Shown: positions 18,608 through 27,130, numbered from the stretch's first letter. The stretch: DNA of 32,000 nucleotides from Bacillus subtilis subsp. subtilis str. 168 (GCF_000009045.1 NC_000964.3:2760001-2792000); one strand, 5' to 3'. Notes: generated by a model not told the origin, from the letters alone. A program made the numbers and translations.

Positions 18608-18766
18608 CTAATGCCAATGATAAGGGAATACATACAGCCTTTGCTGCTGCATTGCCATCAGCCTCTGCTGTCGGAATGGATTTCCATAACCATGTTTGAA
18701 GGAATGCGGCATGGACGCATAACCATGGCCAATCGACGGCAGTCTTTTTTGATAATCGTTCATCAT
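18608..18766 (-). CDS. Unannotated 52-codon ORF, last cistron of the yrzI operon (probably the S1024 region)
   Basis: My hand translation of the reverse strand gives MMNDYQKRLPSIGHGYASMPHSFKHGYGNPFRQQRLMAMQQQRLYVFPYHWH*. SD AGGTGA is 4 nt before the first ATG and 7 nt before the second. A terminator follows immediately. The ORF is below the 60 aa cut-off of the supplied track. Confidence 0.55.
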   Translation of the reverse strand: MMNDYQKRLPSIGHGYASMPHSFKHGYGNPFRQQRLMAMQQQRLYVFPYHWH

Positions 18767-18835
18767 GCCATCACCTGCCTCACAATAACGTTGATTTACT
18801 ATATGCAGGCGCGCATTTTCTTGACAGCTATTTCG

Positions 18836-18889
18836 CTAAACTTGGTCCTTCTCCATTGTATAATGCATCAATAGTTCCATTCTAAGCAT
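18836..18889 (-). CDS. 17-codon micro-ORF (S1025 as I recall; reported Rae1 cleavage target)
   Basis: Reverse-strand translation gives MLRMELLMHYTMEKDQV*. SD AAGGGGGA is 7 nt upstream. It starts 33 nt after the yrzI stop. Its length of 17 aa matches the S1025 peptide in the Rae1/YacP study as I recall it. Confidence 0.6.
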   Translation of the reverse strand: MLRMELLMHYTMEKDQV

Positions 18890-18922
18890 ATGCCATTCCC
18901 CCTTCAGTTTTTTTCGTTGCTT

Positions 18923-19072
18923 TTAGCGCCAGTTTGTTAAATAAAGATGCTTTAACTGAGACTCTTTCATTTCATCATAAATTTGTTCAATCTGCTGTTC
19001 TCGTTCGAATTCTTCCAGGCTTTTAAACCGTTTTTTAATCGTTAACGTTAAAAAGAATAGGTTAATCGTCAT
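18923..19072 (-). CDS. yrzI: Small protein YrzI (49 aa)
   Basis: Reverse-strand translation gives MTINLFFLTLTIKKRFKSLEEFEREQQIEQIYDEMKESQLKHLYLTNWR*. SD AAAGGGGGTGA is 5 nt upstream. Gene order (between yrhH and yrhG) and the 49 aa length fit yrzI. Confidence 0.75.
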   Translation of the reverse strand: MTINLFFLTLTIKKRFKSLEEFEREQQIEQIYDEMKESQLKHLYLTNWR

Positions 19073-19219
19073 ATCGCTCACCCCCTTTCAAAGTCCGCAT
19101 CAAGCGAAATAACCCGCGGCACAACCCTTCTGCCGCGGGCAAATAAAAACCGCAGACAAAAGAAGACACCAATGCCTCTACTGCCTGCGGGGAGTTGCGT
19201 ATGTCCGACTATTCCGAAT

Positions 19220-19336
19220 TTAATGCGTGCGATAAGCATCGGTTAAGGAAGGACACGAACTCTTCCACAGGCTGAATAAACCATGAACTTTTACATGTGT
19301 ATCACGTACAGGTTGACGTCGTTGTCTCATTGTCAT
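19220..19336 (-). CDS. Unannotated 38-codon ORF, first cistron of the yrzI operon (probably the S1026 region)
   Basis: Reverse-strand translation gives MTMRQRRQPVRDTHVKVHGLFSLWKSSCPSLTDAYRTH*. A consensus SD, AAAGGAGG, is 10 nt upstream. It starts about 30 nt downstream of the predicted transcription start. Confidence 0.5.
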   Translation of the reverse strand: MTMRQRRQPVRDTHVKVHGLFSLWKSSCPSLTDAYRTH

Positions 19337-19373
19337 TTTGGTTCAGCCTCCTTTGCTTTTTTCTTACTTTGTA

Positions 19374-19402
19374 AGTATATCCACCAAATTCCATTTTGTA
19401 AA
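19374..19402 (-). promoter_or_regulatory. SigA-type promoter of the yrzI micro-ORF operon
   Basis: The reverse strand reads TTTACA (19402-19397), a 17 nt spacer, then TATACT (19379-19374). Confidence 0.6.
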
Positions 19403-19461
19403 CATCTTTTTCTAAAAATGGACGGAAATTGTGCAAATCATCGAATGGATTTGCCCGTTGG

Positions 19462-20262
19462 TCATGACACCTGCTTCATTTCTTTTCTGGAGCGGTCTTT
19501 CTTATGATATGCAATAAAATAAATGAGACCGACAAATACAGCTCCGCCGATGACATTACCGATAAAAGCCGGAATGATGTTTCCGATGAACTGCCCCCAC
19601 GTGAATGAGCCTGCAAAAATGGCAGCAGGAATCACAAACATGTTGGCGACAACGTGCTGAAATCCGATAGCCACAAAAGCCATGATTGGGAACCAGATGC
19701 CAAGGATTTTTCCTGCTGCGTCTTGGGCGCCGAAAGAAAGCCACACTGCAAGACATACAAGCCAGTTACAGCCGATGGCGGAAATGAGAACCTTGCCAAA
19801 GCTCATATCAAGCTTTCCTTGGGCAACGGCAATCGTTTTTTCTAAATAAGGACCTGTTTCAGTCAATCCAACCAAATGCCCGAAAAAGTAAGCAACAAAC
19901 AATGCGCCGATTAAGTTCATAATTGTGACGATTCCCCAGTTAATCGCTAACTCTTTTACTGATATTTTTCTCGAAAATAACGCCATCGCAACTGACATCA
20001 TATTGCCTGTGATCAGTTCAGCGCCAGCGAGAACGACAAGGATCAGGCCGACTGGAAATACTGCTGCACCAATCAAACTGGACAGGCTCCCCCATTCTTT
20101 CGGAAGATCGCCAATTACCCTGATATCAAGCAAATACCCAAGCGCGATAAATGCACCGCCTAAAAACCCCAGCACAAGCAGTGACGGCAGCGGGAGCTTT
20201 ATTTTTTTCATCCCTGCTTCAATTGCTGCTTCCGCTATTTCATCCGGTTTTCGAAAAGCCAT
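19462..20262 (-). CDS. yrhG: Formate/nitrite transporter (FNT) family channel YrhG
   Basis: 266 aa ORF with six hydrophobic segments and FocA/NirC-like motifs (GAELITGNM, GCNWLVCLAVW, FVIPAA). SD GGAGGCG is 8 nt upstream. Confidence 0.93.
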   Translation of the reverse strand: MAFRKPDEIAEAAIEAGMKKIKLPLPSLLVLGFLGGAFIALGYLLDIRVIGDLPKEWGSLSSLIGAAVFPVGLILVVLAGAELITGNMMSVAMALFSRKISVKELAINWGIVTIMNLIGALFVAYFFGHLVGLTETGPYLEKTIAVAQGKLDMSFGKVLISAIGCNWLVCLAVWLSFGAQDAAGKILGIWFPIMAFVAIGFQHVVANMFVIPAAIFAGSFTWGQFIGNIIPAFIGNVIGGAVFVGLIYFIAYHKKDRSRKEMKQVS

Positions 20263-20313
20263 AATAAAACGCCTCCATTACTTCTTCTTTTCTCACAGTT
20301 ATGCAAGAAAGGC

Positions 20314-20370
20314 AATAAAAAAGGCAGCACTCAAATAACCTGTGTCAAACCAGGCGTTTGAATGCTGCCT
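20314..20370 (-). terminator. Strong intrinsic terminator between yrhF and yrhG, within the predicted yrhG leader
   Basis: On the reverse strand a 14 bp stem pairs AGGCAGCATTCAAA with TTTGAGTGCTGCCT (one G-U pair). An inner 4 bp stem pairs CCTG with CAGG. TTTTTTATT follows. The structure ends about 40 nt before the yrhG SD. Confidence 0.8.
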
Positions 20371-20483
20371 AACTTGTATGCATACCCATACAACAATATC
20401 AAGCAGTATATAAGATATTGAAAGAGAATATATACAGTTCGTGCATACATTCCATTGCTTTAGCCTTCTATAACTGTAGCAAC

Positions 20484-20513
20484 ATCATATCAAATGTGAC
20501 AAATTTGTGTCAA
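20484..20513 (-). promoter_or_regulatory. Candidate SigA promoter for yrhG, 12 nt after the yrhF stop
   Basis: The reverse strand reads TTGACA (20513-20508), an 18 nt spacer, then TGATATGAT (extended -10, 20492-20484). It overlaps near-palindromic TTTGTCA/TGACA/ACAAATTTGT repeats. Confidence 0.55.
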
Positions 20514-20524
20514 TGACAAATATA

Positions 20525-20893
20525 CTAGCTTTGCAGAGCTTCTTTTTGCTCATCTATTTTTCGGTCAAAAACAAATACAGATACAGCGATGTTTTCCTCA
20601 ATTTTAATATCAGAAAACAAATGGACTAGCTTAGCTCCCATAAGTTCCTCCATTCCTTCCGGTGTTTGTTTGGAATAAAGGTCTTGAATTAGGCTTGTCC
20701 GGGCCGCATGTACCATCTCTCTTCCTTCAGGCGTGCGGGCAATAAACTGCTCGCTTGCACTCAGATTTCCGTATAGTGTTGAAACTGCCATGTTTTCTAC
20801 AAATACAGTATGAATTCTCTCAGGCCCTTTTCCGAACAATTCTTTGCGAAGTTTTCGAATAATATCATTGAATTCATGAATTTTTTTAGACAT
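20525..20893 (-). CDS. yrhF: Small cytosolic protein of unknown function YrhF (DUF2294-like, from memory)
   Basis: 122 aa hydrophilic ORF (MSKKIHEFNDIIRKLRKELFGKGPERIHT...). SD GGAAGGGG is upstream. It is divergent from yrhE. Confidence 0.85.
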   Translation of the reverse strand: MSKKIHEFNDIIRKLRKELFGKGPERIHTVFVENMAVSTLYGNLSASEQFIARTPEGREMVHAARTSLIQDLYSKQTPEGMEELMGAKLVHLFSDIKIEENIAVSVFVFDRKIDEQKEALQS

Positions 20894-20980
20894 GCTGATT
20901 ACCCCTTCCGATATTGCCTTATAAAGGCTTTTCCCGGTTCCCCTCAGGACATTTCACTTGGTTAAAATTTTCCTGCCATA

Positions 20981-21009
20981 TTGTATTATAATAAATATCA
21001 CATTATAAT
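20981..21009 (+). promoter_or_regulatory. Candidate SigA promoter for yrhE-yrhD
   Basis: TTGTAT (20981-20986), a 17 nt spacer, then TATAAT (21004-21009). The palindromic ATTATAAT boxes here could also serve the divergent yrhF. Confidence 0.5.
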
Positions 21010-21113
21010 AAAAGCAGTGTTGATGGATTTGTAATAGGATCTTGTTATGAGTCTATCGTTTTATAAAAATCAAGGATTGGTCTGTTAGTAAGACTTGCTA
21101 GTGAACTATTCCG

Positions 21114-21174
21114 CCATGTGTGTTTACACCTTCTTAGAATTAAGGGCAGGTGTATCTATACATGGCTTTTTTTG
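21114..21174 (+). terminator. Leader terminator (attenuator-like) immediately upstream of the yrhE SD
   Basis: An interrupted stem of about 19 bp is built from CCATGTGT/ATACATGG, TACACCT/AGGTGTA and CTTA/TAAG. CTTTTTTT follows (21166-21173). The yrhE SD starts about 17 nt later. There is no upstream co-directional gene for it to terminate. Confidence 0.6.
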
Positions 21175-21208
21175 ACTTCTTGAAAGAAAGATGGAGGGGA
21201 ATATGAAT

Positions 21209-24151
21209 ATGATGGACGTTAAGTCGATCAGTGTCCGTGTAGACGGAACAGAAATTCAAGCACGAGCAGGGGCCACAATTTTAGATATTTTAAATGAAAA
21301 CGGAATTGAGTACCCGCAGATTTGCCACGTACCAGAGGTTGACCCGATTCAAACTTGTGATACTTGCATAGTAGAGGCAAACGGCAAGCTGGTTCGTTCA
21401 TGCGCGACGGTTGCAGAAAACGGGATGTCTATTGATCTTTCAGGAAATCGAGTGAAAGAAGCGCAAACCGAAGCGATGGACCGCCTTCTTGAAAATCATT
21501 TGCTGTATTGTACAGTTTGCGATAACAACAATGGAAACTGTACGCTGCATAATACAGCGGAAATGATGGGGATCGAGCATCAAAAATACCCATACACGCC
21601 AAAAGAAGATCCTTCTTGCGCGGTTGATATGTCTCATCCTTTTTACCGCTATGATCCAAACCAATGTATTGCCTGCGGCCAGTGTGTTGAGGTCTGTCAA
21701 AACCTTCAGGTAAATGAAACACTCTCAATCGACTGGGAACGCGAACGCCCTCGCGTCATTTGGGATGAGGGAGTTCCGATCAATGAATCTTCCTGTGTCA
21801 GCTGCGGTCAGTGTGTAACAGTATGTCCATGTAATGCACTGATGGAAAAATCAATGCTCGGGCAGGCTGGTTTTATGACAGGCATTAAAGAGGACGTCAT
21901 GGAACCGATGATTGATCTCGTGAAAAATGTTGAACCGGGGTATGGCAGCATTTTTGCCATTTCTGAAGTCGAAGCGGCAATGCGTGAAACGAGAACGAAA
22001 AAAACGAAAACTGTATGTACGTTCTGCGGTGTCGGATGTTCATTTGAAGTATGGACAAAAGGACGGGATATTTTAAAGATCCAGCCTGTTTCTGATGCTC
22101 CGGTTAACGCAATTTCCACATGTGTCAAAGGGAAATTCGGCTGGGATTTTGTCAATTCAAAAGAGCGGATCACAAAGCCTTTAATCCGTAAAAACGGAGC
22201 CTTTGTGGAATCTTCTTGGGAAGAAGCCCTCGATCTTGTCGCAAGCAGATTAGGATCAATTAAAGAGCAGTACGGTAAAGGCTCTGTAGGGTTTATTTCT
22301 TCTTCTAAAATTACGAATGAAGAAAACTACGTCATTCAAAAACTAGCGCGTCAGGTATTTGAAACAAACAACGTCGATAACTGCTCACGCTACTGCCAGT
22401 CTCCTGCTACAGACGGATTGTTCCGCACTGTCGGCATGGGCGGTGACGCCGGCACGATTAAAGATATTGCCAAAGCAGGCCTGGTCATCATTGTCGGTGC
22501 CAATCCGGCGGAAGGACACCCAGTGCTCGCAACACGCGTCAAACGGGCACACAAGCTCCACGGTCAAAAACTGATTGTTGCTGACCTGCGTAAAAATGAG
22601 ATGGCTGAGCGATCTGATCTGTTCATCAGCCCTAAACAAGGCACAGACCAAGTTTGGCTGATGGCTGTTACGAAATATATGATCGACCAAGGCTGGCACG
22701 ATCAGGCGTTTATTGATGAGAACGTCAATTACTTTGAAGATTATAAAGAAACCCTTAAAACGTATACGCTTGATTATGCAGAACGCATCACAGGCCTTTC
22801 AAAAGAAAACATCATTCAAATTGCTGAAATGATTCGTGATGCTGACGGCACTTGTGTCCTTTGGGGAATGGGTGTCACACAAAATACAGGCGGTTCTGAT
22901 ACATCAGCAGCCATTTCAAACCTGCTTCTCGCTACGGGCAACTATCGCCGTCCAGGTGCCGGCGCTTATCCTCTGCGCGGACACAATAACGTGCAAGGCG
23001 CATGTGATATGGGAACATTGCCTGGCTGGCTGCCGGGATATCAGCATATTACAGATGACAAAGCACGCGCTAAATTTGAAGAGGCATATGGTGTCGAGAT
23101 TGATGGAAAGCCTGGTTTAGATAATATTCAAATGCTTCATGCCATTGAAGAAGGAAAAATGAAAGCTATGTATCTTGTCGGTGAGGATATGGCACTGGTC
23201 GATTCAAACGCGAACCATGTGCATGATATTTTATCAAGCCTTGATTTCTTCGTGGTACAGGACATCTTCCTGTCAAGAACAGCTCAATATGCTGATGTCG
23301 TCTTGCCGGCCACTCCTTCACTTGAAAAAGACGGAACATTTACCAACACAGAACGCCGTGTCCAGCGATTGTATCAGGCGCTTCCGACGCTTGGTGACGC
23401 AAAACCGGACTGGTGGATTATTCAAGAGGTGGCAAACCGTTTAGGAGCGAATTGGAATTACAGCCATCCAAGTGACATTTTCTCTGAAATGGCGAGTCTT
23501 TCTCCTCTGTTTGCCAAAGCAAGCTATGAGGTGCTTGAAGGCTGGAACAGCTTCCTATGGGGCAGCTTCACAGGTGAAAGCACACCGCTTCTGTATGAAG
23601 ACGGATTTAATTTCCCTGACAAAAAAGCCCGCTTTGCCCTTTCTGATTGGACCGAGCCAGCGGCATTTCCGGAGGAATATGACCTTCATATCAATAACGG
23701 CCGGATGCTGGAGCATTTCCACGAAGGAAACATGACAAATAAATCGAAAGGCATCCAAGCGAAAGTGCCGAATGTATTCGTTGAGATCTCACCTGAGCTT
23801 GCACAAGAGCGAGGTGTTTGTGACGGTTCGCTTGTACGGCTCGTTTCTCCGTTCGGAGCAGTCAAATTGAACGCGCTGATCACAGACCGGGTACGGAAAA
23901 ATGAACTCTATTTGCCAATGAACTCGACAGACAAGGAGTCAGCGATTAACTTCTTGACGGGCCCTGCAGCTGATAAACGGACGAACACGCCTGCTTATAA
24001 ACAGACAAAGGTCCGCATGGAAGTGCTTGGCGGCTGTGAAACAGCGCCGCTTCCAAAAACAAATCCGCGCAACAAAAAACGGCATCCGCAAAACGGAGTC
24101 GAAGCAGAAAGAAAATGGAACCGCCCTGGCTATGTACATCTGACTGATTAA
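21209..24151 (+). CDS. yrhE: Molybdopterin-dependent formate-dehydrogenase-like oxidoreductase with fused N-terminal 2Fe-2S and 4Fe-4S domains, YrhE
   Basis: An N-terminal plant-type ferredoxin fold is followed by 4Fe-4S motifs (CIACGQCVEVC, CVSCGQCVTVCP), a MopB 4Fe-4S motif (CTFCGVGCSF), molybdopterin oxidoreductase core and a C-terminal MopB-CT domain. The start is uncertain: ATG codons lie at 21191, 21203, 21209 and 21212. The one at 21209 is 9 nt from GGAGG and gives 980 aa. Confidence 0.92.
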   Translation: MMDVKSISVRVDGTEIQARAGATILDILNENGIEYPQICHVPEVDPIQTCDTCIVEANGKLVRSCATVAENGMSIDLSGNRVKEAQTEAMDRLLENHLLYCTVCDNNNGNCTLHNTAEMMGIEHQKYPYTPKEDPSCAVDMSHPFYRYDPNQCIACGQCVEVCQNLQVNETLSIDWERERPRVIWDEGVPINESSCVSCGQCVTVCPCNALMEKSMLGQAGFMTGIKEDVMEPMIDLVKNVEPGYGSIFAISEVEAAMRETRTKKTKTVCTFCGVGCSFEVWTKGRDILKIQPVSDAPVNAISTCVKGKFGWDFVNSKERITKPLIRKNGAFVESSWEEALDLVASRLGSIKEQYGKGSVGFISSSKITNEENYVIQKLARQVFETNNVDNCSRYCQSPATDGLFRTVGMGGDAGTIKDIAKAGLVIIVGANPAEGHPVLATRVKRAHKLHGQKLIVADLRKNEMAERSDLFISPKQGTDQVWLMAVTKYMIDQGWHDQAFIDENVNYFEDYKETLKTYTLDYAERITGLSKENIIQIAEMIRDADGTCVLWGMGVTQNTGGSDTSAAISNLLLATGNYRRPGAGAYPLRGHNNVQGACDMGTLPGWLPGYQHITDDKARAKFEEAYGVEIDGKPGLDNIQMLHAIEEGKMKAMYLVGEDMALVDSNANHVHDILSSLDFFVVQDIFLSRTAQYADVVLPATPSLEKDGTFTNTERRVQRLYQALPTLGDAKPDWWIIQEVANRLGANWNYSHPSDIFSEMASLSPLFAKASYEVLEGWNSFLWGSFTGESTPLLYEDGFNFPDKKARFALSDWTEPAAFPEEYDLHINNGRMLEHFHEGNMTNKSKGIQAKVPNVFVEISPELAQERGVCDGSLVRLVSPFGAVKLNALITDRVRKNELYLPMNSTDKESAINFLTGPAADKRTNTPAYKQTKVRMEVLGGCETAPLPKTNPRNKKRHPQNGVEAERKWNRPGYVHLTD

Positions 24152-24169
24152 ACGATAGGAGGAAAACGA

Positions 24170-24652
24170 ATGGCCACTCCGATTACGACGATCAAAAAAG
24201 AAACAAAAACAGCTGAGCAAATTAAGCTTGAAAAAATAGAAGAACTGAAAGAGCTGCTGGCGGAAAATGAGGACGCCGTCTCTAAAACGATGACGTTAAT
24301 GAATGAACTCAATGATCTTGGAATTTTTGATGCGGCAACAAGCATGCTCAGAGCGAAGGAAGACATTGCCAAGATTGCGCTTGGCCAAGTTTCCCGCGAG
24401 CCTGTCACCAACCTCATCAACACGATGATGGCCGCCGGAGGCGCATTGACAAAAGCCGATCCTGAGTTTACAGCAAAGCTTTTAGAAAGCGTAATGGCTG
24501 GGACTGAACAGGCACAAAGCTTTTTAAAAGAAGACAAGAAAGTCGGGATTCTCGACCTGTTAAAAGCAATGAACGATCCTGACATCAACAGAGCCGTCGG
24601 GTTCGGCCTTCAGTTTTTAAAAGGCATGGGAAAAGAACTTCGAGAACAATAA
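24170..24652 (+). CDS. yrhD: DUF1641-family partner subunit YrhD
   Basis: 160 aa ORF. SD AGGAGGAAAA is 5 nt upstream. It starts 18 nt after the yrhE stop. I recall its paralogue YjgD as the ForE subunit of a menaquinone-linked formate dehydrogenase. Confidence 0.9.
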   Translation: MATPITTIKKETKTAEQIKLEKIEELKELLAENEDAVSKTMTLMNELNDLGIFDAATSMLRAKEDIAKIALGQVSREPVTNLINTMMAAGGALTKADPEFTAKLLESVMAGTEQAQSFLKEDKKVGILDLLKAMNDPDINRAVGFGLQFLKGMGKELREQ

Positions 24653-24653
24653 C

Positions 24654-24690
24654 AGAAAAACAGCCATCTCTGATGATGGCTGTTTTTTTA
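24654..24690. terminator. Bidirectional terminator between convergent yrhD and yrhC
   Basis: AAAAACAGCCATC-tctgat-GATGGCTGTTTTT, flanked by an A-run and a T-run. The T-run overlaps the yrhC stop codon. Confidence 0.88.
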
Positions 24691-24918
24691 TTCGTCGGCT
24701 TCTTCCAGACGCTTCTTGTAAATAAGTGAACGGTCAGCGCAAAAGAAGGCACCGGCTAAAAATACGCAATCCGCTAAAAACATCGTCGATTTCTGGCCTA
24801 ATGTTAAGCCTTGATCAGGGAGAACTGCGCCTATATATAAAAAAGTGCTGACTGCAAGCAATGTAAAAGCAAAATGCTTGTAGTCTTCTTTTAAAGATTT
24901 CATTCTATTTTTGTTCAA
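24688..24918 (-). CDS. yrhC: Small two-TM membrane protein YrhC
   Basis: Two hydrophobic segments (FAFTLLAVSTFLYIGAVL, FLADCVFLAGAFFCA). The GTG at 24927 lies inside the SD (AGGTGA). The TTG at 24918 is 4 nt after it and gives 76 aa. The start is uncertain; the ATG at 24903 is an alternative. Confidence 0.7.
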   Translation of the reverse strand: MNKNRMKSLKEDYKHFAFTLLAVSTFLYIGAVLPDQGLTLGQKSTMFLADCVFLAGAFFCADRSLIYKKRLEEADE

Positions 24919-25000
24919 AAGAATCACCTGCCAGATTCATAGTATACGACTATTATAATATAATCCGGCGGCTTACAGAGAAAGTAATTCTATCCATTTG

Positions 25001-27065
<2,065 letters not shown>

Positions 27066-27099
27066 ATATGTCCTCCTCCTTAATAGAGGTTGTTTTTAG

Positions 27100-27130
27100 A
27101 GAAAAACGGAGGAGAACGTTCTCCCCGTTT
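27100..27130 (-). terminator. Internal terminator-like hairpin between mtnN and mccA
   Basis: The reverse strand reads CGGGGAGA-acgt-TCTCCTCCG (one bulge) followed by TTTTTCTCT. It begins at the mtnN stop codon, and the mccA SD lies about 25 nt downstream. Confidence 0.5.

Noticed and set aside
18445-18874. Plus-strand track ORFs 18445-18699 (84 aa) and 18590-18874 (94 aa)
   Set aside because: Neither has an SD. Both run antisense across the minus-strand terminator and the SD-equipped micro-ORFs. Their products are low-complexity. The minus-strand reading explains the region better.
19283-19507. 74 aa plus-strand ORF overlapping the yrzI-operon promoter and the yrhG 3' end
   Set aside because: It has no SD and spans a promoter and the end of a convergent, well-supported gene. 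It is most likely a chance frame.
19925-20338. 137 aa plus-strand ORF antisense to yrhG
   Set aside because: This is a shadow ORF of a GC-skewed membrane-protein gene. It has no SD and a Pro/Ser/Ile-rich product.
21191-24151. Selenocysteine decoding (in-frame TGA plus SECIS) in yrhE
   Set aside because: The reading frame is open throughout with no in-frame TGA. The position aligned to Sec is a TGC Cys codon, so this is a Cys-type enzyme.
24148-24588. 146 aa minus-strand ORF antisense to yrhD
   Set aside because: It has no SD and a Ser/Ala/Phe-rich low-complexity product. It fully overlaps an SD-led, conserved-family gene on the other strand.
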